A DNA stretch of 64,000 nt from the NCBI GenBank assembly GCA_026026165.1, contig JAPEUD010000065.1, positions 1-64,000 of the forward strand. The letters are read 5' to 3'. A model generated the notes under the pieces. That model saw only the letters and a program-made list of their open reading frames with translations. It did not search any database and was not told the origin of the DNA. Made by a program: the position numbers and the translations under genes. Positions 20,009 to 36,029 of the stretch are shown piece by piece. Origin of the DNA: Sarea resinae. Lineage: Eukaryota. Within the stretch, counting starts at the first letter, position 1. Each line of letters starts with the position of its first letter.

Positions 20009-21401
20009 TCACATCCCGAAAACCCTCCAACCTTCAATTGCGATTGTTATAATCAAACTCCATGCGTTCAAAGTCTTCCTAGTCGATCTCCGGTCGCCAA
20101 CCGCAATGCTCTGGACAGCAATTTCGTTGATCGCTCCAGAATATGTGGAGTACACCCGGCTAGTATCAAATAAACGATGGAGCTCGGAGGACGATGTCGC
20201 GAGAATATCGGTGGATCGACCCTCAGGACAGAAGATAACGCCAAAACCACCTCCGGAAGGAATTATGAATGTCGAAGTTTGATCGTCAAAAGCTGTGGAA
20301 AGAGCATCAGCACCTATGCCGGAAATGAGTTCTCGGGACCGGCAAGGACGTACCATAGCTATAGGCATCAGGACAGACCATTTTAGCAGCCTGGCTATAG
20401 GCGCTCGGTTGGCAGGAGTTGGGGCTATCATATTCCCCAGTGCAGCAATCACTCGGTTGATCATATTTGGCGCAAGCGGAATAGCACGGATCAAAGCCTG
20501 GCCTCTCAATGCTGCTATCTGGATACGAGTAAACCCCATCTGATGGTTCGGTTGGTATTTCAAGCTGCAAATCCCACGGACACCACTGCGACACGTCGCT
20601 AAAGCTTATGCTATCGTCGAACGGGAGAGGGAAAGACGAATTGGTTCCCAACAAAGCAGCGAAGTCCGAATATCCGTCGTATGGATCCCAGTCCGTGCCC
20701 GCGAGGAGCCCAGCCGTACCGATACAGATGGGATTGGTAAGGTTGGGTGGTATATCTGCAATGGATGTGTTTCCAGCAGCTATAGAGACAATAGCTAAAG
20801 GAAGGTTGTAGCCGTCGACCAGAGAGATATCATAAAATGTTTGCCCAGTTGAGGAGGCAAGCGTGAACTCGGCCAATGTCACAGGCGTGTTGCCCTTGGA
20901 TGAGAATGGTCAGCGCTATATAACTAGCAGCATTCCTTGTCAATAGAGCAGGGACCTTACGGTGACCATGCAGTTCACGATCCCATTACAGTCTCCTGTC
21001 GCACACGCCTGGCCTCCACCGTTTATCCCACCATTGCCAAAAGGCCCAGTCCCATCCGTGTTAAAGCTGCAATTGGTTCTCCCCCAAACCCTGCCTTGCC
21101 AATCCGAACCCACTGTCAGAGACATATTTTCACCAGACTTTAGCTGAAAACCGCTCATTTCTGGAGCTGTTCCAGCGTCAGTTGTGATCCCAGGATAGAT
21201 GATTTCTCCACAGTTGTTCCAGATCTGAAGCGGTACAGTATTTGAATCTCTACCCTCTATACGTGAAGAGCGTGGCTTCGGTCCATCTCGAACGTCCAGA
21301 GCCAGGCTTAAATGTCCCAAAAGCAATGGAAAGGAATACAAAGCGTAGAAAAGTACAGGCCATCTCCGGCAATAATTAGAATAGGAATGTTTTATCGTCA
21401 T
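20009..21401 (-). CDS. Thaumatin/osmotin-like protein, secreted or membrane-anchored
   Basis: NNCGEIIYPG, WQGRVWGRTNCSF, CATGDC, TLAEF, FYDISLVDGYNLP and CPDAYSY/AFDDQTSTF. Hydrophobic N- and C-termini. Two introns. Confidence 0.93.
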
Positions 21402-22811
21402 TGTAGGAGAGTAAAGAGCGAAAAGTTGATGGTTGTTGACTAGAAAGACCCAGGACAATGATGACAGTGAACGCGTCAAGCGAAGTAACAACGAGCAAGC
21501 TTACAGTCAGAGTTAGAGTTACTACCCAATTAAGAATTCGATGCCCTAGCTATGTCCGCCTTTGCTTCGGCTTCAGCTTTGGCTACCAATTGCCGAGGAA
21601 ACATCAACATAGCCATATTAGAGATCTCCAGACGATGAAGAGGAGCCAGCAGATCATGTTTCCAGCCTTCAATGCAACGCTCTCCTACAGCCTCGAATTA
21701 GCTCTATGTTATCATTTGAACGTATTAGACTTAACTCGCCATAGTATGAATGTTTTCGGCTTTTGTTTGGTCACTACGGAGGTTAGTACGCTGTTTACTC
21801 TCAAGACAAGGCTCAAGTGCTTATTCCTCATATGCTCACTAAATATTCTCAGGAGCCGCGCACGAATATACAGAAACCCGGGAGGTAGGCTGAATATATC
21901 TAAAACGCCACGACTCTGAAAATGTTTTGAAGACCGGTCACAACGGCGTTAAAAACCGCTAGAGCCATCTCGTTTGTCAGCATTTCCACTCGGAATATGT
22001 ATGTGATTGGCGGAGACTGTAAGGCAGCACTTCAGTACTGGATTGTAAGACATGACCCATGTAAAGTTGTGACTGTTTGTGACGCTGGACTATCTTGTGG
22101 TGAGTGGAGTACAGGTAGGTAGATTATATGAAGTAGAACGATAGATAAAAGAACAAAACGCCAAGCGGAAAGTACATAGGGGTTCGAGAAGCTCCGTGCT
22201 TCCTTTTATCATGGAAATCACTTAGAGATTGATGACTCGTGCCTGCAATGGGAATCGCCACAGGAGGACACGAGAAGCTAGGCTGTGCAATAAGGTCAAT
22301 AAAGATATGTCACTGTTTCTCCTAAAGCCGAGGAAACAAGGCATTTTACCGCATTGCTATTGGTTTGATGCGAAGATGCAACGCAACGGTTAGCCATATT
22401 GCTGATTAAATGGATCCCTCGGTATTGCATTGCATGTGAAGAGACAGTTCATTTAGAGCTCCCACGTTTGGAAGTGGAAGTGATTAATCAGTAGGAATGG
22501 GATTTCTTCCCGAGTCTGTTCAGGTCGTTACGAGGAAGCGTGTTAATCATATGAAGACTATAGCAGAACGCAACGTTATGAGGCAATGAAGTGACAGAAT
22601 GCTAGAAGAGAGAACGCCCTGCACCGTCAGATGATCAACAATAGCACCGAGTCAAAGCCCAAATCTGTGAAATCAGCACAATGAAAGAAATCTTCCGCTG
22701 GGACATAAGTAGAGCATACTTGGTATAGAGAAAGCAATGGAATGCTACATGAGAGGTATCGAACTAGACCCCGCGTCTTAGGGAAATGCGCCATGCGAGA
22801 CATGAAGCAGC

Positions 22812-25230
22812 TTATCGAAATCGTGCCGTACAACGACCCATAACTTCACCTTGACAAACCAACTCGGCGTTGAATTCACTTCCATCTAGTGTAAGATAAA
22901 TATCAAAATAAACTTGGGGAAAGTCAGCTCCATATCTGTAAATGCCATGTCAAGGAATTTGGTAATTACCTCTATAGAAGGTTCCTTGAGGAGTGTCCAT
23001 TCTCTCGAAATCTTTCTCGAGATTTTTGCGAGAGAGATCCGAAGTAAGTGTTACCACCTCTTTGATGCCTGTATTGACACATTAATGAGTGGGCTAAGAG
23101 TGAAGACTCGGGGGACTAACGCGGATCTTTGGTGTACTCGGGGCATACATCGTCGTCACACGCGTAGAGGATATCCTCATACATCAACGTTGCACCGGGG
23201 GCGACCTGGCGGAAAAAGGAAACTTTGACAGGCTCTCCGATCTTGACTCTTTGCCCCTTCTGTACGAAAATTTGCCGAGTATATTTGCATCTGTCCTTGC
23301 CATCAAGTGAAGGCACTCTGAACTGCTCTGGATGATGGCCTTCCTTGAATGGCTGCAGCGTAGCCATGAGGTAGTGTCGACGAGCAACACGAGACGTAAC
23401 TAGGCGCTCACTGATTCCAGCAGTGACCGCACCTTTCACGATGGCCGCGACAGAGTCCATTGGTCGAACAACTTTCGACTGGTATTGTGGAGGTACGTGG
23501 AGTTTTATTTGTTGAAAAAGGTACTCTGAGGCGCCGAAACCTCCAACGACCAGGACATTCTGAGATACAAAGTTAGACAATTGGATATGATAGCATATTA
23601 CGCTTACCTGGAGAGCCCGATTTTGAGCTTGTATAGCAATAATTTGGTTTCGGACCAACTCCAAAATACGATTAACCACTGGCTCGAAGCATTGTAGGAT
23701 CTCTTCATTTGTGAACGTCATATACCCTTCCTCAATATCAGCTTCGGGAAACTCGGCCTCAATACCAACATCTACGGCCCACTTCTGACCGTTGTTCCGA
23801 AAGTCGGCTTTGATCCTGTTTTCAAAGTCCATGATGCACTTAGCATAGACTTTGCCGGCAGTCTTAGACCCGTCGGGCAACTTCATCTTCCTGATTTTGG
23901 CTCGAAGTATATTACTGAAATTTCGGTTCAATGCTGTTGATCCGCAGGAATCGCCGGAACCAGCTGTGCATTCTGCCACAGTAAAGGGCTCTTCTTCTTC
24001 GACCTCATAGGCGATAAGATCAACTGTTCCACCGCCACAGTCCACTATTAACACTGCATCGTGAATCTTGAGATTCAGGAGCCCAGTTTTAGAGCAGAAC
24101 ATTGCCGCGGCTTCGGGCTCCGTGACCAATGTAAGACGATTGTCATTTGCATCCCGCAAATAGCCAGCCTGGATAGCTGCAGCACGCGTTGCAGCTTTGC
24201 CTGCATCGTTCCAAATGGCAGGGACGGTAAGGAAGTACCGGATATTGCGCTCCTCGCGGTTGAACACTTCACCGAGCGTTTTCTGGAGCTGATTTCTTAT
24301 GGCCTGCCGTAGCATGTAGAGATAATCTGCAGCGACGTCGATTTCAGACTTCCCCGGAGGTAGAGGCGGGAGGTTAATTGGATCAATGTAGGTATTGCCC
24401 GAAAGCATCAGCTGCAGCTTGAACCACTCGACCTTCTGGACCCCTGGTTTAGGGTATCCGGTGGGTGCAAGAGCTTCAGCAATATCCGGCCCCCATCCAA
24501 CAACTTTTTGATACTTATCGTAGTAGAGGACCGTTGGTATCTAGTCGTTACGTTAGCTACTAGTCAAGGTAGGACGACGTAATTAATACCTTCTGTTTTG
24601 TGACGTTGCCGGCTCCCGGCCATTCTGTGATGATATCTTCTTTGGCTTGATCATTGCTCGCAAAAGCAAACGCAACGCCAGAGAACGTGGTACCCTGCGA
24701 TATAAACATTATTATTCATGTGTTCCCAAATACATGGGACAAAGACCAACAAAGTCAATTCCAACAATAAGCTGAGCCTTACTCCTGCCCGCACCCTCTA
24801 CCTCGACAGCAGGAGGTCCGTAAGCAGTTGTAGACGGAGGATAGCCATGGTGATAGCCGGGGGGAGGAGCTGGACCTGTTGCAGCCCCACCCCTGACTCC
24901 CTGATGCGTTGGAGAAGAGTATCCATATCCCGTCTGTACGGGGAGGGCCCCGCCGGATGGAGCGGGGCTCACAGGCCGTACATTATGGTGAGGAGCGGCG
25001 AGACCATTTGCATTATATGAAGGTGGCCGTCCGCTTGGTGAATTTGTACTGCTTGGGTTCATTGGCAAACTGGAGTTTGATGAGTTGACACCTGGCGGAG
25101 GTGGGGTACCTGCTGGTGGGGATGCGCTTGGCGATGGGATCTGGGAAATCTGAGCTGGTACGGTGGCTGAAGACTTCCGTTTGGGGCCGAACCCAAAGTT
25201 CTTAAGCCGTGAGTTCATCAAGCCGGCTTC
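22812..25230 (-). CDS. Atypical Hsp70 (HSPA12-like, actin-like ATPase) with a Pro-rich N-terminus
   Basis: LIVGIDF|GTTFSGVA, VEWFKL, TVPAIW, TEPEAAA, VDCGGGTVDL and LVVGGFGASEYL, ending MGRCTARFR*. Several introns. The first micro-exon/start codon is unresolved. Confidence 0.92.
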
Positions 25231-26299
25231 TAGATGCAGACAAGAGAAGAGCGTGAGATGTCGGCGAGCGAGAAATTGTGTTGATCACTGGTGAGACAAT
25301 TCGGACCCTGGGCAGGTAAGTAAGGTAAGGTAGGTAGGTACCTAGGTAAGGTACCTTAGGCAAGTGGGTAGCCCTGGTAATCTCGAATGACTGGGGCGGC
25401 TAATATTAGCGAACGAGGTTGCGCGGAAAGCCTAAGATAGAACCAGAGTCGACGCTGATGATGATCGAACGATTATATGTAACAGGATTTCCGGGCTCAA
25501 TCTGAAAGTTGGATCGCATAGGTTTGAAGGTGTAGTGTCGCTCAGAGGATTGTTTGCTGTATTATAAATTGGGGGGCCGGTAGGAGAGTCTCATCTGGGG
25601 GTGAATCGGGCCAGGAAGGCTGAGGATATTCCGGTACTGCAGTCATTCGCACTAATTGAGCCTAAGGTTGAAACTTCAGGTTTGTTTATTGACAGGAGGG
25701 CAACTAACCTGGGAACTATGAACAATAAGGTTGCCCGTATGTACTTCATATGAAGTACCAAGTCCCAAGCGGTAGGCGAGAATGCAGCATACCCTCAGGT
25801 AAAGATACTCCTATTGTAGGTACGGAATACGAAGTTCAGTTCCTGCTTGAGGCGCTCTCTACCACCAATACTACGATTGAAGAATTCCCAAAACTGAATC
25901 ATCAAGTACTACCTATCTTAGCAAGGTACAGTGATATCTTACTGTCGAAATTCTGGGTTCTACTTCTAATCATGGGTTTGTAACAAGGATAAAATGCCTG
26001 CGGTGAGAGAATGATAGGTACTTTCGTCTCAGATACTAGTGTAGAAGAAAGTATTCGTTTCTTTGTACATACGAAATTGCCTTTTGACCTACTGCGCAGT
26101 ATGTACCTAGTAGAATTAACAATGCCTACCCTCCTCTCGTACCTATCTTAGCACCCCACAATATCAGCATTAGAGCATAGCCCACTTGCAGTGATGCACT
26201 GCCCCACCAGCAGCATACCTACCTACCTACCTACTTATCTTACTTACCCTTACGTCAGTTACCTGTGGTGCGACAAGCACCTATAGCCGGAAGAACGAG

Positions 26300-26300
<1 letters not shown>

Positions 26301-26350
<50 letters not shown>
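26301..26350. repeat. (GAT)n microsatellite, ~17 units
   Basis: Directly visible. Confidence 0.95.
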
Positions 26351-26565
26351 CGATGGCTTCTATAAGACTTAGGTAGATGGTCGATGGCTTTGTTACGTAT
26401 TGCTCAACTTCCGAAGGTCCGACGGTAACAAAATTCACTAGAACTGCAGGGTACTAGGTATATTCGTAAGACATTGGATGCTATGATAGATAGCCCATTT
26501 GCCCCATTCATGTCTCGTTCGTTCGCTTTGTCTCCTGTGGAGGGGGGATACTCGAGCTAGCATGT

Positions 26566-27966
26566 TTATTCCTCCCCCTTTGATGTTAACACAATTCGAA
26601 GTTGCTCGTCTAGCCATTGCAAGTCTTTCTTGCTATCACCTGGTCCCCCCGCCCAATCTGGCGGCGTCAGCAATCATTACCTTCCTGTCGACTGGTGAAG
26701 ACTTACGACCCCAAATACTAGGAAATACTTTCATCTGTCCAATACCAGGTCTCATGTTTGCCACTTCAAGCGCCGAATCTTCTGGGCTATAACAGCATTA
26801 GCTAAGACTTTCGAGCTAACTTTCAAACTGGACAGCATACGGAAAATATAAATCAGTCTGGCTAGGCAGTACAAGCGCCTTTGCCTTGATGCTCTGCATG
26901 GCTTTCTCGAAATTCCCATCATATGGAGTCTGCTTTGAGCAATCCCCAGTCTGCCAGGTGTATAGCATGAGCAACATGTTATCAGGATCTATCCAACCCA
27001 ATCATCAGAACAGTACACTTTTCACAGAGACGGAAGCACAGACCTTTCGACAGCGCCCAGCCCTCCCACCACTCCTTCATAAACGACTCCAAGTCCCTGA
27101 AGCCCAGGGCTTTCTCATATAATTTCTCGCGGTAGAAAGCTTGACTGAGCCCCCAACTAATCGCAATTCAGTCCCATGCTCTGAAAAAGATCCTAAGTAC
27201 TATACCCTGCATATACCCTTCCTAATGCTCTCAACCCAATATCTCTCTCTTTACTCGTCCAAGGCCGGCAAGCCTCTTCTCCGAGTGATTGCTCATACTC
27301 TTCCGCACCAGCCGAAGGTACTCCCCTCGCAGCGAGGAGTGCGGATTTCACGCCTTCAAGGAATATTTGATTATGTAGCGAAGTCTTTGCTGAGCCGCAA
27401 AATGGTACGATCATATCCATGAATTCAGGAAATTGGGTGGCCCATTGATAAGTCTGTCTAACATGCAGGTGAGCTTTGGCTAATACTTAAATTCAGCCCG
27501 TCGACTTACCCAGCTCCCATCGACCATCCTAGAACTGCTCTAGCATGCTCTACCCTTAAGTGCTTTGTGACTAAGATATGCTGCGCCTTCACATTGTCAT
27601 AGAAGGTACATTTGGGAAATGGCTTCAACTGCGGGCTGTTCGAGGGAGATGAAGATTGGCCATTTCCGAACAATGCCGGAATGATGATAAAATATCTCTG
27701 AGGACTGAGTGCCTTGTCATCACCAACCAACCAGAAATTATCCGATATTCCTGTGGTGATATTAGCAAGACGGGCATTTCTAATCATCCGCTATACAAAC
27801 AAAGTAACCAGACACACGTACGACCTGAGTACCATGTTGGATATATGATAGCCGGTGATAGAGAATCTCCGAAAGTTTTGTAAGCAATGTGGGCATCTGG
27901 GATGACATGACCAGACTGCAATTTGAAATCGCCCAGCTTTAGAGTGTGATATTCCTCTGTAGACAT
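26566..27966 (-). CDS. Homoserine O-acetyltransferase-like alpha/beta hydrolase (MekB/CgHle-type)
   Basis: GDFKLQSG..IPDAHIAYKTFG, PTWYSG, GNGQSSSPSN, nucleophile GWSMGAG, LVLPSQTDLYFP and SIWGHWAGGP. About five introns. Confidence 0.88.
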
Positions 27967-28939
27967 TCTAGATGGCTCTCTTGACTTGTGCAATTAACTA
28001 TGGGCGTCAGCAGTGATTTGGTAGTGCGCATGTAGAGATGAGAGGCGTTGGCAAAGGATGAGCATAGGAATGAACCTACTTCCGAAGCATCCCGTTCCTT
28101 GCGTAAATGAATTACTGCCGTGAATCGCTGCTGCGGGCGTACATCCATAAGTCGCAAATGCTACATAGTAGTAGCTCACTCTTATCTTATCGATAAGCTG
28201 CTTTCCCCGCCTTCAGTCCGAGGTTGTACCCCACCACCCTACCTGGAATACAGCTGTAGAAAAGCAACATGTATTCGTACTCCGTAGCCGATCAGGATAC
28301 TTCACTTCTGAGACGCTCCCTTTTTTGGGTTCAGATGACAGCTGCTCTTATTCGCACTGCAACACTCATAATTGGACGGTACCGAATACCAATGTATGCC
28401 GAGTTAGGTAGATTAGAGGGCTACGATATCATTGATAACTGAATCACTTGGATTGCGCAAGCATCGTCTAATTTCGCCGCTTTCCCTATCTTAACTACCT
28501 ACCTACATATTAGACCTCACTTTGACTCGTAGAGTAAGAGCTACCGACTTCACTTAACAAGTAAGGTAAGGTACCTACTAGGTAGGTAAGATAGGTAGGT
28601 GGATATCCATGGTCGGGTTGTAACCTAGGTAGGTAGGTACCTAATCTGATGGAGATGACGTCTTCTATCGCAGGTACCTCCCTCCTTACCTACCTCTCCA
28701 TACATGCCCTTAGATGGTTGTTCTCCGCATTCTCGATCATAGACAAGGCGGCGAAGGTCGACGAAGCGCAAGTCGTCGTCAAGTTTGATTATTCTCATCA
28801 GCCAACGTCTCATGCGAGTACCGCGTGGGTATTGAAACGACGTCAATTGGCATCGAGTACGGTCCCTTTCAGATCCCTACCCACTTATTCGGCCGATTCT
28901 GCACTCATACTTGTCCGGCATCCATCGGATAGTCCCAAG

Positions 28940-30029
28940 ATGTCTACAAACTTCGGCGATCATGAGCAGCGAGAGCATGACTCCAAGGATCATGAGGAGC
29001 GCATGGATTCGGAGAAGACCGTGCAACGCAACCCGCATCCAGACTTTGGAAAAGTACAGGCCTCGCGACCAGACTGGGACGAGAAATCGGCCTGGAGCTA
29101 TCGGAAGACTCGCGATCCTGATTGGAAGCCTGGACAAGGCGGAAATGACGGGGGAGAATCTCTCAATGAGAACCATGTTGAGATTGATCCATATGAAGAG
29201 GGTAGACCTGCCGCGTTCAATTATAAGCTTCTGATATCAGGAATCGTACCTCGCCCTATTGGATTTATTAGCACCCAATCAAGTGACGGTACGCATCCTG
29301 GAAGCATAATAGCATTTCACGGCCGACTGACACTCTACAGGCAAGTCGACAAATCTCGCCCCCATGAGCTATACTCAGGTTGTGAACCATGATCCACCAA
29401 TATTCGTAGTTGGCTTTGCAGGTGGCATGGAGAATGCAAAAGACAGCCTTCGTAATCTTGTAGATACTCAAGAGTGTAAGTGGAATCCGCAAAGACTGTA
29501 CTAGCTGACTGAGATATAAGGCGTAATCAATATCATCTCCGAACACTTCATTGAAGCAGCCAACTTCACCTCTATAAACTCACCTTACGGCGTATCGGAG
29601 TGGGCTCTTTCCGGTTTACATCCCGCTACGTGTACTACTGTAAAGGCATCCCGTGTCAAGGAATCCGTCTTTTCGGTGGAGGGTAAATTAATGGAGACAA
29701 AAGAGTTCACTAGTCGTGCAAATCCGACGAAGAAAACGGGCGTTCTGGCGATCATCGAGGGTACTAGATTTTGGGTGAGAGACGATGCAATAAACGAGGA
29801 GAGGAACTTAATCGATCCTGCGGTAAGCTATACCTTTTCGTACCTGTTGCTATCACGAAGCCAATACCTGATGTGAGATTAGGTGCTCAAACCCATGGCC
29901 CGTTTAGGAGGTATCACTTATGGTCGGGTAACGGAAGGCTTCGAGCTGCCGCGTCCTGATTGGGACCAAACGGCTGCTTCAGATGATGTCAAACCTCTTA
30001 TAAAGCCGAAGATAGAAGACTTTCCATAG
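28940..30029 (+). CDS. Flavin-reductase-like FMN-binding split-barrel protein (flavoprotein oxygenase family)
   Basis: RNPHPDF..V..SRPDW, YKLLISGIVPRPIGFIST, NLAPMSY, KDSLRNL and PMARLGGITYGR. Three introns. Confidence 0.9.
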
Positions 30030-30883
30030 CATAGCAAATGAAGGTCAGAAAGACGATAGATATGAATTGTCAACCTTTTCAACCTTTTTGAGAATTTGGG
30101 CGAATTGATTATTTACGAAACATGATTTCTTTAAAGCACAGCATTTCGTTTCTTGAGAGCTGCCCCCTAACTTGAATCTTACTTGAATGTCTTTTGCACT
30201 AACGAATCTCCATTACTGAAAGGTTCTGATGCGCTGTGGTACCCCGTTAAGAAAGACGGCATTTATCTACCTTATCGTTTCATGTCATCATGTCATATAT
30301 GTACTAGTAAAGCAGAAGATCCATTATCACCTTGCGAAGTAACTACCTATCTACTGTAGGTATGCAGTGCTTTGGGAATACCGCAGGCGGGCTTCTCCCC
30401 ATAAGAGAGCGAGCTATCATTGGCCGCTGACTAAGTACGAAGTACGTTAAAGAACCTTTACTGAAGCTCAAGGGTACCGTACTTCGTACCTTACGTCGCC
30501 TTGTCTTCCTTACCATACCGTACCTACCTACCTACCTTGCCTTAGTAGGTTACCCGTTTGCCGCGCCATCCATACTGACCAGCCCAATTGACGCACCTAT
30601 CCTACGGCTACATATACTGGCCCGTCATCAGCTTGATGATCCCATGACAAGGTGTTCAGCAGAGCAGGAACGGCGCCTCCGATTTCTAATTTGCTTACCG
30701 TGAGGCTTTCAGTATCCGACAATAAAGCCCATGGCTGAGATCAACCAGGAATAAAGCAATCTTTTGCAAGAAACTCCCGATTGAATGGCGAGGCATTCCT
30801 CCATGGTTGAGCTGTGCAGCAACTTGGCATCGATTTCTACTCCATCTATTAGTCACTATTGAAGTGTCTATATGTCTCTATCA

Positions 30884-33189
<2,306 letters not shown>

Positions 33190-33892
33190 ATATATTGAAC
33201 CATGTCCTTGGTGAAACCAGATGCCCCTTGATTTAGGCATGGCTGCTGGCTTTGACGTCTCCTTTATCAACTGAAGCTCTGAAATTTAGGCCCGATCGGC
33301 TCCTCCCACCAGATCACACCTTCACTGAAACCACAGCGCTTCGGAAACGCTGCAACATTGCCGTTCGATCAGCTCAGGTCAAACATGGGATCTCGATAAT
33401 TTCGAAGTTTCTGAAAGATGGTCAACTTCACTAACTCACGAATCAGGAAGTTGTGAAACGAATTTGGTGCGCATATTTCCCGACTGTCTTCGACGGATCC
33501 CGAAATTTTGTCTAGATTCGTCTCATCTTACGAACGTGTCGAGGCCTCGCTTCCTACAATCTAATGCGGGTGGTTGCCATAACCATGTTCTCGCAATGTG
33601 AGATTTGATCGCAAGTCGCAGCAACAATCCATGGCGCGTAAGCTTCCTTATGGCTAGAAGGTATAAGCGAAATTACAGCAGCATCCTGTTTCTTTTCTCT
33701 GCTCTTTGATTGACCGACTATCCATGCTTGCTCAGCGAGACTTCACTGTAGACTAGACTGAGAATAAAACATGTTACTGAGTCTACGGACTTTGAAATCT
33801 AGTCGTCCGCCTTTCGCATAGATGTTCTAGCTTCGATGACAGGAACAGCGTTTCTGAAGTGGAATTCAGGGTCCCTTGAGTTCGAGAGCTGT

Positions 33893-34963
33893 CTATAATT
33901 TCGCCATGGGTATGAAATCTAATGTACTTTCCGGTGGCTGCCGCAGTAGAAAAGAGTCCAAGTACTGTATGTCGTCGGCGTCGGTGGTCTCGTTCACAAC
34001 ACGATTTATAGCGCCATCATCCCAGGCAAAACCATGCCAAAGCAGAACTCCAACGTGCTGCGCCAGTCTGACACCATTACGAAGGTTCAGATTTTTCTTT
34101 AAGGGAAGAATAAGGTGCTCTAGATGCTCCCAAAAGGCTCTGCGAAGTTCCTCGGATCGCTCATAATACACCCATCCCTGAGGTGTCATGAAGCCTAGTA
34201 GCTCCTCGAGTCCGTACAAGCAGGTGCCAAACGGAAGTGCTTCTGCTTCCGCCCAGTCAACCAGACCGTTCAAGCGACCGGTATCAGGATTTACCATGAT
34301 GTTCGAGGCAACGACATCTCCGTGATTGACGACTAAAGGGACGATGTCCAGCTGCTGGATACGCTCGAGGACCGCCTCGACCCATGGCTGGAAACGTATG
34401 TCTAACCCTCCAGCGAGCTGCTGGAGTTTGAAGGTAATAGCCGACCCGACCTTGCCATCGCACGCCAATGGGACATGAGAGCTCCTTTGGTGCCATGACT
34501 GCGCCAGAAATCCAGCAAAGTCTTGGCAGAGTTTGACCTGCTGCTTCCAAACGATCGGATCAACAATTGATCGTGCGTTGATCCTGTATTGTTGATATGT
34601 CACTCCTGGCAATCGCTCAATGATATAGATGAGGAGTCCGCACGACGCAACAGTCCCTTGATACGTGGTAGTTGGAGCGCAGCTGCCAAACACATATTTC
34701 GCTGCTGCAACGACATCAATGTCTAGTCGGTATTTCTCCTGTCGAAACTGGATAACATTGCTCTCTCCGGCAAACAGAGTATAACTACAGTAACCTTGGA
34801 TAGAGGATGGGACAATGACTTCTCGCGGAAAGAGCTTTCGAGCTTCGCTATCACAGTCCGCCCGGTCCTTGCAAGTAAGACCCTGTCGCAGGAAGAACGC
34901 TCTGACGGTGTTGACTTCGCTGGTAGCCATGCCTGCGATCCGGCTTTGGTCATGGAGGTTCAT
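33893..34963 (-). CDS. APH/choline-kinase-like phosphotransferase, intronless
   Basis: QGYCSYTL, IQFR, RLPGV, HGDVVASNIMV and GLVDWAEAEALPFG. Confidence 0.88.
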   Translation of the reverse strand: MNLHDQSRIAGMATSEVNTVRAFFLRQGLTCKDRADCDSEARKLFPREVIVPSSIQGYCSYTLFAGESNVIQFRQEKYRLDIDVVAAAKYVFGSCAPTTTYQGTVASCGLLIYIIERLPGVTYQQYRINARSIVDPIVWKQQVKLCQDFAGFLAQSWHQRSSHVPLACDGKVGSAITFKLQQLAGGLDIRFQPWVEAVLERIQQLDIVPLVVNHGDVVASNIMVNPDTGRLNGLVDWAEAEALPFGTCLYGLEELLGFMTPQGWVYYERSEELRRAFWEHLEHLILPLKKNLNLRNGVRLAQHVGVLLWHGFAWDDGAINRVVNETTDADDIQYLDSFLLRQPPESTLDFIPMAKL

Positions 34964-36029
34964 AGTATGGGGAAGATAACTTCAGCTGATGAAACATTTG
35001 GCATGAGGGGAAAGGTGGCTAGGGATACAAGGCGAGACATGGCATGGTCTCCCCACCCTACCATTTGCACTCGGGGCTATACTCTGGAGTAATGGATTGG
35101 ACTTTGTAATACCTACCTTACGGAGCGGGTTGGCTGTTAAGGCACGGAGACTGGGGTGGGTGGGGGTAACAATCACATGCTCAGCTCCACGACGATCGGG
35201 GTACCCATGGTACCTTATCGGAGATGATCGTGGACTCGTGGAGATCTTTAAAGGACGCCAAGGGCATGATCGGACGTGAATCAGGACTAAGGCGGTGATC
35301 CGGAGAGACTTGTTGGCTACGCCGTAAATCTTTGAAGGCTGCAGCGTGGTCGTCAGGTTGCTTCGTTCAAGATGTCCCATCCTGGCCGACTGACCTCCAT
35401 ACTCCGGGCGTACCATAACGTACGGAGTACTATGGAGTACTATCATCATATCATCGAGGCAGCCCAAGGCCACAGGTGTTGGTGACATGAATCGAGGCTG
35501 ATCGAGAGACTTACCCCCGAGTAGTGGCACTGCGCGATGACCTCGCTCAATTCACTCAGATCAGCCTTACGGATCATCTCAGCTTCAACGTCCCACTGGG
35601 GGACCGACGAATGCAACGTAGAGGTGGAATTATTGGGTTTAGCGTAATCTTCTGTCCTTCAAAGAAGCAAGCGCGATGCATGGCTTTTGGTCTTATATCT
35701 TGACAGTCTCCTTTCCAGCAAGAATGAAAAATTCCTTTATTTAGTCTATTCGCTGGCATCTCCAATTCGGAATCATCCAAATTCTTAGTCTCTGCCCTAT
35801 CGACCTCTATTTTCAACGTTCGATTCGCTCAAAGGATGTTTGGCCTTCACATACACGTCTCAACTCAAGAAGCTTGCTCTAGCCTACCTCATTCATCCTC
35901 TTATAGTTATTGTCCTGTTATGACTGTTGTTTTCATAAGAGAAATCTGCGTTCATATAAGGCTTCTGGTGAGCGAAACTGCATATCCGAAATCCAGAAGT
36001 CAGTGGCAGGGAACTGTCGAGATTCCTAA

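Noticed and set aside
28649..28939. N-terminal extension of the flavin-reductase-like ORF in the track
   Set aside because: It begins in TAGG/CCTA-rich promoter-like DNA and lacks family similarity. ATG 28940 is preferred, though a targeting peptide cannot be excluded.
11411..30029. Possible secondary-metabolite cluster (methyltransferase, SDR, hydrolase, flavin reductase)
   Set aside because: There is no PKS, NRPS or terpene backbone gene, and the enzymes are interspersed with housekeeping genes.
33190..33890. Possible structured ncRNA downstream of PAP1
   Set aside because: I found no tRNA, snRNA, RNase P/MRP or telomerase-template signature by eye. It is most simply convergent 3' UTRs. 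An Rfam scan would settle it.
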